A stretch of DNA of 64,000 nucleotides, from the IMG/VR virus record IMGVR_UViG_3300025381_000009, one strand, 5' to 3'. The position numbers were made by a program, and so were the translations under genes. This document shows positions 15,814 to 25,460 of the stretch, piece after piece (position 1 is the first letter of the stretch; each line of letters starts with the position of its first letter). The notes beneath the pieces are model-generated. The model ran no database searches. It was not told the origin of the DNA and was given only the letters and a program-made list of their open reading frames with translations. The stretch is from a virus.

Positions 15814-16191
15814 CTATACCCTAGCCTCCAACTGATATTGTGGATTTGTTGATTTTTTCATATCCACACCGTTTGCATGAAGGGCTGTCATTATGTCGTG
15901 TTGTGGCCCCAGATTCATGTAAATTAGATCAATCTTATTTGTCTTAAGCATTGTCACAAAATAGTGAATTGCCTCCATCAAAGCAAGTGGAGCATCAGCG
16001 CTCACGAAAAACACCTTAGCAACATCTCTGTTAAGCATTTGTATATACATCAGCGTATTTGTGTGTTGCATGATCTTTGTACCAGGCAACATAATAGCTT
16101 TATGCATTAACTTAATGGCAATATTTGGATTAATCCCATGCTTTTGGGCTGATGACGCAATAATTTCGGATGCTTTCATATTAATAAACAC
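15814..16191 (-). CDS. Hypothetical protein
   Basis: In-operon ORF overlapping 16181..16435. Confidence 0.65.
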   Translation of the reverse strand: MFINMKASEIIASSAQKHGINPNIAIKLMHKAIMLPGTKIMQHTNTLMYIQMLNRDVAKVFFVSADAPLALMEAIHYFVTMLKTNKIDLIYMNLGPQHDIMTALHANGVDMKKSTNPQYQLEARV

Positions 16192-16435
16192 TCTGTTGAT
16201 TTTGCGATATGGACATTATCCCTACCAATTGTTGCGCCCAGTCTTGCCAAGTTTCAAATCCTCTTGGATCAGGTATTGCACTTTGAACAAAATACCCAAT
16301 ACCCTGCATCCCAGAAGCCCAATCTCTCCACTTCTCCTCTGGTACAGTACCCAGTTGATTAGACGCAAATTGTTGAGCCATCGAAGCACACCAGTAATCC
16401 CAAGTCATACCACGGGGGTCGTATGTGGTCGTCAT
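16181..16435 (-). CDS. Conserved hypothetical late protein (Trp-rich)
   Basis: WDYWCASM, W.DWA repeats; coupled to the nozzle gene. Confidence 0.7.
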   Translation of the reverse strand: MTTTYDPRGMTWDYWCASMAQQFASNQLGTVPEEKWRDWASGMQGIGYFVQSAIPDPRGFETWQDWAQQLVGIMSISQNQQSVY

Positions 16436-18459
16436 TATGGATTACCCGTTGAACGCTCATCACCCATATCCACGCTCATAACGCAATTACCCAACTGATA
16501 ATTGCCGTTAAAGTCATTACTGATGATGCGAAGTCTCATTTCTCGTCTTTGTTCTTTCATGTCAATCTTGAGTGTAGACGAGGTAAACGTATAGGGAACA
16601 GAATCTACGTCCGTTCCATCAGCATAGCCTTTACCCGTCACAATCAAAGACATTGTTCCCGATTGTACAAAGTCAGGCTCAAATCTCTCTAATCTGATCC
16701 ACTTATTATCGTTAATCAGTTGTTGTTGACCCAGTCCACCACCAACCCATCCGAGGGAGTTTGTCTCAAAGTATGAGTTGATAGCATCTACGTTGGTCAA
16801 ATAAACCTGATCCGTCCCAGTTTCGTGTTGCCAAAGGGTGTAAAACTGGTTCATAGTGACCGTAATTGTCAGACCAGTACCGCTAGAAGGAGATCTGGCA
16901 ACAGTACTTAGTGTTCCAGATAAAGCGTTTTGATATGAGCCACCATTTGCAATAGTGAGTCCAGTGACTGGCCCTGTGCCCCCTCCACCAGAGATACTTG
17001 ATACCGTAAATACAGCAGGGCTACCCGCTCCACCTTTTAAAGTAACTACGTCACCAACAGCGTAAGTTGTACCACCACTGACAATACTTTCTGCGGTTAC
17101 TTGGTAGGCTGTAGGGGTGTTTTGTGCCCAAATAGGGTATCTAAATACCTCTGAGAACACTCCTGCTGATCTTTGTGCGCCTAGTGCTTGACCTGCGTCA
17201 TACCAGGTTTGTTCACGGACGTTATAGATGATCGCATCCGTGCACTCAGTTGCGGAACCCTTTGGATAGAACCACCAAATCTCTCCCCAACGAGTAATCT
17301 TAGTTGCCCAAACCTTTTGCCTCTGATCTGTATTAATGTTGTCAAAGAAGTAGTTGATGTTGACATTGTTGGGTATCTCCTGAACCACACCGTTGTAAGA
17401 TAAGAACCTATCCACACCAACCCAGTAATAAATGCCATCGTACTCAACCACGGAGTTAGATGACATGATTGTGGTGGCTGTAGAGATAATGTCATATCTC
17501 CAGTACAGCGTAGAAGTGCCTACAGTCTGCGGAGAATAAGTTACCCTGGTCAACTGATCCAAAGACCAGAAAAGCCCCGCAGGAGACGTTGTACCGCCTC
17601 TAAGTGGCATTCCCTTGACAACTTTAGTTCCAGATACGTTATTGGCGTTGGCATCAGATCCAACCCAGTTATTAAAGTTGCCTGCTGAACAGTTCTGGAT
17701 AAGACCATTGTTACCGTAAACAAATAGGTAGGGATAGAGCATACACGCCCCACCGCTCACAGATATGTTGTTGTTAAAGGTAAAAGTGGTGGATGATGAT
17801 CCAGTAATGGCATTGTTAACAGTTACAGTGGTATTTCCACCAGAAACCACTACAGCAGTCACCACAGTATTCGCAGATACTCCAGTTCCAGTCACCGTTT
17901 GATTAACGCCAATCAGATAGTTAGAACCAGTGATAACAATCGTTTCGGCATTAGGCGTACCAGGCGTTCCAGTAGCTGTAAACACGCCAACTTGACTCAT
18001 TGCACCGTAAGGGAAAGTACCTAGTAAAACAGGTGTATTAACTGTATTGTCAATGTCAGCCAAGTTTTGACCTGGGTGAGCAATCAGGTTCAGATTACCC
18101 GTACCGTTGGGGTCATAACCAATATCAAACTGCCATAAATTGTTGGCACTGGCAGTAAAGTTATTTAGCGTGATGGAGGTTGGACCATACCCAACACCAT
18201 CATCATTATCTGTCTGCCAACCCTCTAAAAAGCTTTGGCTACCAGAGTAAACATAGTTGATGCCGTTTTGGGACTGCATAACCATCCCACGGCTAATCTC
18301 AGGAGCGTTAAGGAATATTGCCTTATAACCACCCATTTTCCTAGGTAATTTACGCTGAAAACGAACCCATTGACCGTCCACAAACGAGGGAGCGGCGAAC
18401 TGAGTCCCGTCCCGCTGAATACCAGGATTGATGGCTAGGAGTGCAACCTTTAAGGTCAA
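16435..18459 (-). CDS. Tail nozzle / DNA stabilisation protein (P22 gp10 / T7 gp12-like)
   Basis: 674 aa beta-propeller-like, GIQRDGT N-terminus, YNVREQTWYD, EIWWFYP; two inserted T/G-rich modules. Confidence 0.7.
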   Translation of the reverse strand: MTLKVALLAINPGIQRDGTQFAAPSFVDGQWVRFQRKLPRKMGGYKAIFLNAPEISRGMVMQSQNGINYVYSGSQSFLEGWQTDNDDGVGYGPTSITLNNFTASANNLWQFDIGYDPNGTGNLNLIAHPGQNLADIDNTVNTPVLLGTFPYGAMSQVGVFTATGTPGTPNAETIVITGSNYLIGVNQTVTGTGVSANTVVTAVVVSGGNTTVTVNNAITGSSSTTFTFNNNISVSGGACMLYPYLFVYGNNGLIQNCSAGNFNNWVGSDANANNVSGTKVVKGMPLRGGTTSPAGLFWSLDQLTRVTYSPQTVGTSTLYWRYDIISTATTIMSSNSVVEYDGIYYWVGVDRFLSYNGVVQEIPNNVNINYFFDNINTDQRQKVWATKITRWGEIWWFYPKGSATECTDAIIYNVREQTWYDAGQALGAQRSAGVFSEVFRYPIWAQNTPTAYQVTAESIVSGGTTYAVGDVVTLKGGAGSPAVFTVSSISGGGGTGPVTGLTIANGGSYQNALSGTLSTVARSPSSGTGLTITVTMNQFYTLWQHETGTDQVYLTNVDAINSYFETNSLGWVGGGLGQQQLINDNKWIRLERFEPDFVQSGTMSLIVTGKGYADGTDVDSVPYTFTSSTLKIDMKEQRREMRLRIISNDFNGNYQLGNCVMSVDMGDERSTGNP

Positions 18460-19718
18460 AATGCACCTCCAACAATACCGATAGGCGCTTGGATGCCAGT
18501 TGAGGCAAATAAGACAGATTCAGTACCTGCCAAAGTAATTGCGACTTGACCAGTACCAGGTAAATAAATACCCGTATTTGTATTGCCAGAGAATGTAATA
18601 GATGGTGTACCTGCGGAACCAACTGGGAAGGCTGTAATCGTTACAGTTCCACTGGTCACGCTGTTGGCGTTATAGACGTTCGTACCGTCACAAACAGCCA
18701 TAACTGTATTACCTTGACCTACCGTAATCGTAGCCCCACCAGAGGCAGAAGTCTTAACAGTTAATGTATAAGATCCAGTCGTGTTATTGGTAATTGAATA
18801 AAGCTGAACCGTAGAAGGCACAATCACAGTCGTGTTAGCAGTCAATACACCAGAGTACTCTTGGATCGTATTAGATGCTTGAGACGAAGTTAATGTATAG
18901 GTGTATGGGCTTGATAGTCCAGTTAATGAAACAGCAAACTGGGTATAGGCAAAGCTGTTAGATCTTCCGTATCCGAATGTATCGTAGCCACTAGATCCGT
19001 TAGAAACAATAACAATAGACTCAGCCAATTGAAGCTGTTGGTTGGGGTTGCCGTCTATCGTATCTGAACCACTTGGCGATAGAGTAACAATTCCAGATCC
19101 GTTATTTTTAACAATAACAAACCAATTGTTTCCTACGCTAGATGCGGTTGGCAGGGTAATCGTTCCTGCACCAGAACTCCACACATAAAAGGAAGCTCTA
19201 TTTTGAGGTGCAAGCGTTAGATTGGAATACTGAAGGGTAACGGGGTAGGCGCTGTTTAGAGTTGGCCCAATAGCCGTTAAACCGTATCCTGCTAGGGTTG
19301 AGGCACTGGCTGAGGATGTACCCACACCCATTGCGATATTAGCCCAAGTACCTGCCACAGTCGTGTTATCAGTTACATAAATGTAATAGGTATTAACTGT
19401 CGCTGTCGTTGGTGCAACAGGTATGTTAATGATCGTACCGCCTTGGCTATCAGTAACTGTAAAAGCATACTGACCAGAGGTTCCTACGTTACGAACAATA
19501 ATAGCCTGGCCTACAGATACTTGAGTTGCAGGGGGCATTGCAACTGTCAGACCTGAAGCCGTGGCTGTAATTTCGGTAATATTTGCCGCTATATTGCTTG
19601 TCTCTGTACCGTTAATAGGCCACTCTAAAGCAACGCTTTGGCTAATAGTTAAAGACTCATATGCAACCTGAGAAGGAGATATAGTCTGTCCAGTAAATGG
19701 ATTTACATATGTAGTCAT
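18456..19718 (-). CDS. Tail fibre/baseplate-type structural protein
   Basis: 420 aa T/S/G-rich beta repeats, GTITLPTAS, SGNTNTGIY motif. Confidence 0.65.
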   Translation of the reverse strand: MTTYVNPFTGQTISPSQVAYESLTISQSVALEWPINGTETSNIAANITEITATASGLTVAMPPATQVSVGQAIIVRNVGTSGQYAFTVTDSQGGTIINIPVAPTTATVNTYYIYVTDNTTVAGTWANIAMGVGTSSASASTLAGYGLTAIGPTLNSAYPVTLQYSNLTLAPQNRASFYVWSSGAGTITLPTASSVGNNWFVIVKNNGSGIVTLSPSGSDTIDGNPNQQLQLAESIVIVSNGSSGYDTFGYGRSNSFAYTQFAVSLTGLSSPYTYTLTSSQASNTIQEYSGVLTANTTVIVPSTVQLYSITNNTTGSYTLTVKTSASGGATITVGQGNTVMAVCDGTNVYNANSVTSGTVTITAFPVGSAGTPSITFSGNTNTGIYLPGTGQVAITLAGTESVLFASTGIQAPIGIVGGAF

Positions 19719-20377
19719 TAAGAATCCTTAGCGATAGTCTGACGATCACCCATACGCAGATCATCTTCAGTTTTAAGTGTAGAAAGTGATTTATCAAACA
19801 TAGCCTGCCAAGTGGGTATCCTTGCATCATTCTTTAAGAATGGGGTCATCTGTAGTAAAGTACCAAAAAGCATGGCATTTGGAGCGTTTTGAGTTAACCA
19901 GTTAGTCTGATTAGTGCTTGATAAAGGCTGAATACGCTCATAAAACAATACCTCGAACTGATAGGATTGATCAGGCGTAGGAGCTATATACCAATGCTCA
20001 TAATCATAATCAGCGTAATAAACAGGGGGGCTTGTCTCTGTATTGTTAGGCCAATAACTGGTCAAATACTCGTATTTTCTCAAGTAGATCGGTTGTTTTG
20101 CGCCAGATGCATCAATGTATTTAAGTGATACTGTTTTGCGCCACCGTGCAGGCTTAGGAATAACGGGGTTTCCTGAAACCATTGTGCTTTGTGCAACATT
20201 TAACTGGCCTAATGTCTTGATTTCCTGAGCAATTTCAAATTCGCAAAGGGAAATAGCAACAGGCACTTGATTAACAACTGCTTGATCATTCCTCTCTAAG
20301 TACTCATAAATGGTACTTACAAGGCTGTCATAAGTCATCACCCAACTTGGAGTTGAGCTTATGGATGAGATTGTCAT
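19718..20377 (-). CDS. Head-tail adaptor (tail tubular protein A-like)
   Basis: MTYDSLV..I..YLER, PVYYA, PTPDQSY, WL..NAP..ML(F)GTL. Confidence 0.7.
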   Translation of the reverse strand: MTISSISSTPSWVMTYDSLVSTIYEYLERNDQAVVNQVPVAISLCEFEIAQEIKTLGQLNVAQSTMVSGNPVIPKPARWRKTVSLKYIDASGAKQPIYLRKYEYLTSYWPNNTETSPPVYYADYDYEHWYIAPTPDQSYQFEVLFYERIQPLSSTNQTNWLTQNAPNAMLFGTLLQMTPFLKNDARIPTWQAMFDKSLSTLKTEDDLRMGDRQTIAKDS

Positions 20378-20423
20378 TGCGCCCCCTAATATACGCCTAT
20401 TTTAGATAGTATCGGGGGAAATG

Positions 20424-21020
20424 TCACCCCAGTACTTGTTCTGTCTGGTGCATGACAACAATTCTTTGCTCAGCACCAAACAAACCACCATTAATTACTT
20501 TGGTCAGACCGTTGTAGTCCTTGGCCTGCGCCAGTCTGTTACACCCGTGAGTTGACCAGAACCATCCCCCAATCGGAGCCGCCCACTTAGGTGTTCTAGC
20601 CCAATCTGGATTTGCCACCAAATCAATCCCCAAAGCCTTACCCGCATGATAAAAGTTGTCATGCCCAGTCAATTGGCAGATCGCTGAGCCTCTGAACCTC
20701 CACCCGTCACCAGAAGCTTCATCCCGATTTCCCATACGAAGTTGGTAAATGTGGTTTGCTATTTTTTCAGGCTTGTGGGCGTACTTCATAGCCTCGTCCA
20801 TCGTTGGGAATCGCTTAGGCCACAGTTGCATGAGAGTCTCAGGACGGTAGTTCAGGTTCTCTTCTAAGCTTCTGAAGTGGTTGGATTCGTAGCTGAACTG
20901 CCCAATGAAGCAGGCTTGCTCCTCAGTTGTGTCAATATTGAAGTTTTTGAACGTCATGTTCAGCGGATCTACCCACTCAGCATTAATACCCAATTTATGA
21001 AGTTGATCAGCGGTAATCAT
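20424..21020 (-). CDS. Endolysin, glycoside hydrolase family 19 (chitinase-like)
   Basis: FIGQFSYES, EENLNY, GDGWRFRG..ICQLTG.DN, TKVINGG..G.EQR. Confidence 0.9.
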   Translation of the reverse strand: MITADQLHKLGINAEWVDPLNMTFKNFNIDTTEEQACFIGQFSYESNHFRSLEENLNYRPETLMQLWPKRFPTMDEAMKYAHKPEKIANHIYQLRMGNRDEASGDGWRFRGSAICQLTGHDNFYHAGKALGIDLVANPDWARTPKWAAPIGGWFWSTHGCNRLAQAKDYNGLTKVINGGLFGAEQRIVVMHQTEQVLG

Positions 21021-21481
21021 TTGACCCCCTTGTTAACCAATTCTCTTACTTCGTTGTATTGCTTGATACAGGCGTTGAGGGAGAGGATGGCTGTGTCACC
21101 GTCTGAGGCGATGCCGATAAGCTCTTTGACAGTCTGTCGCTCAGATTCGGACTCATTGGCTGTATTTGCTGATTGAGTGGTGGAACCTGAACTGGCTGAT
21201 ACACCACAGGAAGTCTGAGGTAACCGCAACTTGCCAGAGTCAGCGTCAGCATTAAGACTAAATTTTTTGGATTGAACATCATCTTTGGCCTTCTTTAAAG
21301 CATTGTTAGCAACTACTAACTTTTTAGCATACTCAGCTTCTTTTGCACGAGCTTCAGTGTTTAAACGGGTAATTTCAGCTTGATCTTCGTCTACTCGTTG
21401 TTGATAGCCTGCATGGTGCTCATAGCCACCAAACCCGATTACAGCCAAAGCAACCCCTATCCATACATAGATGTTAAACAC
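21017..21481 (-). CDS. Rz-like inner-membrane spanin
   Basis: N-terminal TM, coiled coil, C-terminal ELIGIASDGD.AI..LNACI..Y. Confidence 0.75.
   Translation of the reverse strand: MFNIYVWIGVALAVIGFGGYEHHAGYQQRVDEDQAEITRLNTEARAKEAEYAKKLVVANNALKKAKDDVQSKKFSLNADADSGKLRLPQTSCGVSASSGSTTQSANTANESESERQTVKELIGIASDGDTAILSLNACIKQYNEVRELVNKGVK
21046..21282 (-). CDS. Rz1-like outer-membrane spanin embedded in Rz
   Basis: Alternative frame, lipobox LASC, Pro-rich mature part. Confidence 0.7.
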   Translation of the reverse strand: MMFNPKNLVLMLTLTLASCGYLRLPVVYQPVQVPPLNQQIQPMSPNLSDRLSKSLSASPQTVTQPSSPSTPVSSNTTK

Positions 21482-21983
21482 GAGTGCTCTCCCTTGCCTG
21501 AGCCGTTCTCATGCGTTCTTCATCACCTTCTAAGACGGGTGGTCCTGCGGGTGGGGGAGGAGGAGTCCAATTTGGGCTAGATCCACCGCCTGACATCATA
21601 ACTATTGGAGCAGGTGGGGGAGGTGGAGGCGCTACATAAGCATCTTTACCTGCCTTGACGTTGTTCATCATAGCTGTAGCCTCGTTGGTTAATCCCTTGG
21701 TCAAAATGCCTCCAATACCGCCCACAATGAGTAGGACGATGTCGTTGAGCATCTTGGTGTAGGCTTGGTCAATAGGAGCCATTTGTTTGATAGGCTGAGT
21801 GACAAAGGTCACCGAATACAGCAAAGCAAAGGTGATGAACGCAAATATCAGCGTTACCACAATAACAACAAATGCCCGTACACGGACATCTATTTCATCG
21901 GCACTGAGCCTGGGTTGTTTGTTGCTGTTGGACAACCACTTGAGCAGTATTTCCTTCAATTTTCTTCTCCAGTAAAGGGGCAA
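21474..21983 (-). CDS. Two-TM membrane protein with polyproline tail (holin/antiholin candidate)
   Basis: Two hydrophobic helices then APPPPPPAP and TPPPPPAGPP; true start may be TTG at 21959. Confidence 0.6.
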   Translation of the reverse strand: MPLYWRRKLKEILLKWLSNSNKQPRLSADEIDVRVRAFVVIVVTLIFAFITFALLYSVTFVTQPIKQMAPIDQAYTKMLNDIVLLIVGGIGGILTKGLTNEATAMMNNVKAGKDAYVAPPPPPPAPIVMMSGGGSSPNWTPPPPPAGPPVLEGDEERMRTAQARESTRV

Positions 21984-22128
21984 TTAGATATTCTGGGCAA
22001 GTTTGATCAAACTCACAGCGAGGCTTTTGGCATTGGGAGGCACCAAAGTTATCAGGGTTTTGGCAAAAATAACGATAAGAGTCACCGCATCCTGCCAACA
22101 ATAAAATCAATACAGCGCATATTCTCAT
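21895..22128 (-). CDS. Small Cys-rich lipoprotein
   Basis: LLLAGC lipobox; YRYFCQNPDN..C.KP.C....CP. Confidence 0.65.
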   Translation of the reverse strand: MRICAVLILLLAGCGDSYRYFCQNPDNFGASQCQKPRCEFDQTCPEYLIAPLLEKKIEGNTAQVVVQQQQTTQAQCR

Positions 22129-22325
22129 TCTTCCCTCTTTTCCTTTTCACGCTCAAGTTCTTTTTTAAGCTTTTCAATCCTCTTGAGATCATTGGCAATT
22201 AATATCCGCTCCTGATGGATGTCCATGTAGATAAACCCAATCACAGGCAATACCAGAACGAATAACAGCGCTAAGATAATGATGGTGATTACATACCCCC
22301 ATGACTCACTCGATTTATTGCCCAC
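22125..22325 (-). CDS. Single-TM membrane protein
   Basis: Hydrophobic N-half, charged coiled tail. Confidence 0.65.
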   Translation of the reverse strand: MGNKSSESWGYVITIIILALLFVLVLPVIGFIYMDIHQERILIANDLKRIEKLKKELEREKEKREE

Positions 22326-22954
22326 ATTAAACCCATGAAGTATATTGCCACGAATATTACTGCTATCGTAGATGCTGTTTTGAACCAGATCCTCTCAGCT
22401 ATCTCTCGTTGCTCAGCTTCAATCTGCCTTCTTTTCTTAAACTGCGCCTGCCTAGCAATAGCCTGCTCATTCGCTATTGTGCCTAGCATCTTGTTAACTC
22501 GTGTATACAAATCTTTTAATTCTGGGGGCACTTGGTATACCATATACTCCCTTAGTTCTACACTCATCTCCTCCATTCTGGTCATTGCCAGAACTCGGTT
22601 AATCGCTTTTTCTGCCTGGTCACCCGTTGGATCGTAGACAGTCTTGGACAACATCTCTTCTTCTTCAATGTGATTCTTTAGTGCGTTGTACGCTTTAAAG
22701 AACGCTGTCAAATTCTTACCAATCTCAGAGTAAATTGCTGTTGGATCAAATTCCTCGGCCTTTTTTGCAGTTTTTCTGCGTTTTTCCTCATTAAATTCAC
22801 TGTTTGGATGAATATCGGCTAAGGTTTTGGGCTTTGCAGGAGCAAACAAATTCTTGAGAAAACCAAGTATGCCTGTGACTTCTTTGCCAATCGCCTTGAC
22901 CTCGTTAGCTGTCTTGACAACATCTTTAACCAGGGCTTGTCCTTCTCTGAACAT
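22289..22954 (-). CDS. Coiled-coil protein with C-terminal TM
   Basis: 221 aa; TASTIAVIFVAIYFMGLMWAI; start could extend upstream. Confidence 0.6.
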   Translation of the reverse strand: MFREGQALVKDVVKTANEVKAIGKEVTGILGFLKNLFAPAKPKTLADIHPNSEFNEEKRRKTAKKAEEFDPTAIYSEIGKNLTAFFKAYNALKNHIEEEEMLSKTVYDPTGDQAEKAINRVLAMTRMEEMSVELREYMVYQVPPELKDLYTRVNKMLGTIANEQAIARQAQFKKRRQIEAEQREIAERIWFKTASTIAVIFVAIYFMGLMWAINRVSHGGM

Positions 22955-23021
22955 TTCACATCCCTGCTTAATGGCTTTGAAGGCGACATTTGCGGCGGCG
23001 ATGAGGGTGAAAGGGTCAATC

Positions 23022-23222
23022 TCAAACTCCGAATATCTTCTTTATAAATTCAGCCGCAACCCCTGGCCCGAGAAGGATACAGAGCATGACACCGTAGAGC
23101 AAATACTCTATCTTGGTCATGCGCTTTTCACCAGTGGATAGCGATTGATGGATATTTTGATACCTCTCGGCACAAATAGCCTCATGAACCGCTAACCTTT
23201 TGTCAATATCGGCATCCATCAC
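23022..23222 (-). CDS. Small membrane protein (XhlA/holin-like)
   Basis: RLAVHEAICAERY coiled coil plus C-terminal TM. Confidence 0.6.
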   Translation of the reverse strand: MMDADIDKRLAVHEAICAERYQNIHQSLSTGEKRMTKIEYLLYGVMLCILLGPGVAAEFIKKIFGV

Positions 23223-23593
23223 TTACTCGCAGGTTGGCAAGTAAACGCCTCTGGAGCTACTGTAGCTATGACAGATGATTCCGTGGTCGTTACAGTCTCT
23301 ACAACGGGGGTAGATTCAGCATCTGCAATAGGGGAGGTAGCCAAATCGGGTACAGGATCACTATCAACAGTATCAGTGACGATATCAGGTGTTTCATTTG
23401 TAGGCTCTGAATCAGGAACAATAGGAGCGAAAGTTGTAGGCTCACCAATTGGTTCTGGCTTTGGACCTGGTACCGCATCTGTTGGAGGAGCATAACGCTT
23501 CTCAAGGAAATCCATAAACTTTAGGATTTCATCCATAACTTCAGTATCAAAGTCTTTCAGGTGATGTTCACGAATATCCTTGAGAAATTGCAT
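23219..23593 (-). CDS. Hypothetical acidic, Pro/Thr-rich protein
   Basis: AGAGGG RBS; coupled to downstream gene. Confidence 0.6.
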   Translation of the reverse strand: MQFLKDIREHHLKDFDTEVMDEILKFMDFLEKRYAPPTDAVPGPKPEPIGEPTTFAPIVPDSEPTNETPDIVTDTVDSDPVPDLATSPIADAESTPVVETVTTTESSVIATVAPEAFTCQPASK

Positions 23594-23602
23594 ATAGCCC
23601 TC

Positions 23603-23794
23603 TTAAACGGTTGGTGTTGCTACGGTTTCTACAACAGATGCCTCTTGTACAACAGGCAACTGAGCATTGAGTTGAGCTTCGATCTTTTTCATCAAAGGCC
23701 AAGCATTTGATTGAGTTGGTAATTGACCTAAAACATTCATGATGTCTTTAATTTCAGCGTCAAATAGTTCAAGATTAATTGCGTTCATAGTCAT
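23603..23794 (-). CDS. Hypothetical small protein (possible fibre chaperone)
   Basis: In-operon, RBS AGGA. Confidence 0.55.
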   Translation of the reverse strand: MTMNAINLELFDAEIKDIMNVLGQLPTQSNAWPLMKKIEAQLNAQLPVVQEASVVETVATPTV

Positions 23795-23802
23795 CCTATT
23801 TT

Positions 23803-24048
23803 TTATTCCGTTGGGTTCGGGGCAACGGCTTCCCCAATCGTAATTGTAGATGTGCTTCGGTCAATTGTCATCTCTCCTTCGCAGGCAATATTCCAGTCCT
23901 CCCCCGCCCTTTCTGAGTAAGATGGGACGTTGATTTTGACGTGCTTGCAAAGATACTCTTGGGTAGCATCAAACACCCTCCAAACGTGCTCTACAGTACC
24001 CCTTCCAGGCATTCCTCTGGACTTGTTAAACCTGATGGAGTACTTCAT
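23803..24048 (-). CDS. Conserved hypothetical protein
   Basis: IRFNKSRG...VWRVF...WNIACEG. Confidence 0.65.
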   Translation of the reverse strand: MKYSIRFNKSRGMPGRGTVEHVWRVFDATQEYLCKHVKINVPSYSERAGEDWNIACEGEMTIDRSTSTITIGEAVAPNPTE

Positions 24049-24656
24049 ACCACCACCACTGGTTGTTGTTGTACGCCAACATTAAAATGGATGAATTTCA
24101 GTGGTTCATCACCGCCGTGTCTGGTAAAGCTGTGAGGTACCCAAGCATTGGTGAAAAACAGTGTCCCCTTCCTTACTGGAAAGAGTAGTTTATTAGATGC
24201 GTAAGTGACTTTGTTTACGTCAGCTTCTGGCAGTTGGGTTAGGTGCTTAACCTCCCTAGAATCAGTGATAACAATACTGGAAGCCTTCTCTGGCTCATTC
24301 AGAAAGTAAAAACCAACAATTTGATTTCCTTCTCCGTGGGCGTGATCTTCCATCCCTGAGAACTTGTAGTGCTGTTGTCCCCACATAGATTGGAAATAAG
24401 TGATCTTGTCATCCATCTTATAGCCTTGGGAATTAAGAATATTCCAAGCTGTGGTGGCAATGTATCCCGCTAAATCTTTAACCCTTGGATCTAGATATAA
24501 GTTGTCAGTCATCTTGACTGGGTACAACTCATTAACGGGTTCTGTATTCCTTGCTATTGCCTCATCAAACGCCAATAAAGCGCCATCAACAAACTCAGGC
24601 TTTGAAATACTATATACCGCAGTAGCGAAATATATGGCTGTATCTAAATTATCCAT
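24045..24656 (-). CDS. 2OG-Fe(II) oxygenase-like protein
   Basis: HAH...IVGFYFL ... GTLFFTNAWVPHSF...FIHFN double-stranded beta-helix signature. Confidence 0.75.
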   Translation of the reverse strand: MDNLDTAIYFATAVYSISKPEFVDGALLAFDEAIARNTEPVNELYPVKMTDNLYLDPRVKDLAGYIATTAWNILNSQGYKMDDKITYFQSMWGQQHYKFSGMEDHAHGEGNQIVGFYFLNEPEKASSIVITDSREVKHLTQLPEADVNKVTYASNKLLFPVRKGTLFFTNAWVPHSFTRHGGDEPLKFIHFNVGVQQQPVVVV

Positions 24657-24683
24657 ACCGTTCTCCTATTTATTGTACGGATA

Positions 24684-24706
24684 AGTATACTTTAACTTTC
24701 AGTTAG
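24684..24706 (-). promoter_or_regulatory. Internal promoter-like site: near-palindrome + 2 nt + TATACT
   Basis: ttaact-ttc-agttag at 24692-24706 and -10 TATACT at 24689-24684; same geometry as the leftward promoter at 5705-5727. Confidence 0.5.
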
Positions 24707-24990
24707 TACTTGCCTTCAGCAAAGACATTTACGAATACAGTATTGTCTTCCAGTGCCTCAATCTCGTGCCATTCATTGGCTACTAAATTAATAGGCTGAG
24801 TATCTTTATTCATGACCAAAGATCTATTTTCTTTACGAACAATGCAAGATCCTGCGTGACACATTGTTGCATGAGCAAACCTATGTTCATGCTTTGGCAA
24901 TCCTTCGCCTTTATTAGCATGAAATATATTAAGTGTCGCACCATCATAAGTTAATGAATGATAAGGAGCTATTCTTATGGTTTCACTCAT
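24703..24990 (-). CDS. Cupin-domain protein
   Basis: GLPKHEHRFAHATMCHAG ... NEWHEIEALEDNTVF. Confidence 0.8.
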   Translation of the reverse strand: MSETIRIAPYHSLTYDGATLNIFHANKGEGLPKHEHRFAHATMCHAGSCIVRKENRSLVMNKDTQPINLVANEWHEIEALEDNTVFVNVFAEGKY

Positions 24991-25460
24991 ATAGTTTGTG
25001 TCCCAGTTGTTGTTGTTTTTGTCTTAGGTAGCTTAGGCCAAGCATCCCAAGTTAAATATGAAGTTAATCCGCACCAAGTAAGATATTGTTGCTGAATAGT
25101 ATTTTGCAGACTCAACGCAGAAGTAAGTCCAGTTGCTGACAACCAGTCACCGTTAGGTACGTTCAATTCTTGATAAACAATATCTGTATTGGGCTGTTCA
25201 GTTTGAAGTGTGCAGTTATGCCACTGAATACCACCTTCGACAACTAATTCTTTTTGAACACAAAAATATCCAGAGTTCATTTGCTGTGTAAGCCAAGCAT
25301 TAGCATTTGTTGTTAATAATGTTTGTGCATTATCAGATGTACCAATACTAAATACGCCGGTATATCCTGCGGCTTGACCTGCATCAATAGTTGCTTGGCT
25401 ATCACAAACATAATCAACAGTCTGATTTACTAAATCATTTACTACATAAATGGTTGTCAT
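24987..25460 (-). CDS. Hypothetical protein downstream of the adhesin
   Basis: Start set at MTTIYVV, overlapping the adhesin stop. Confidence 0.6.
   Translation of the reverse strand: MTTIYVVNDLVNQTVDYVCDSQATIDAGQAAGYTGVFSIGTSDNAQTLLTTNANAWLTQQMNSGYFCVQKELVVEGGIQWHNCTLQTEQPNTDIVYQELNVPNGDWLSATGLTSALSLQNTIQQQYLTWCGLTSYLTWDAWPKLPKTKTTTTGTQTI

Noticed and set aside
15069-16498. Plus-strand ORFs of 117-145 aa within the late operon
   Set aside because: Antisense shadows of T/A/S-rich genes; no promoters or RBS evident.
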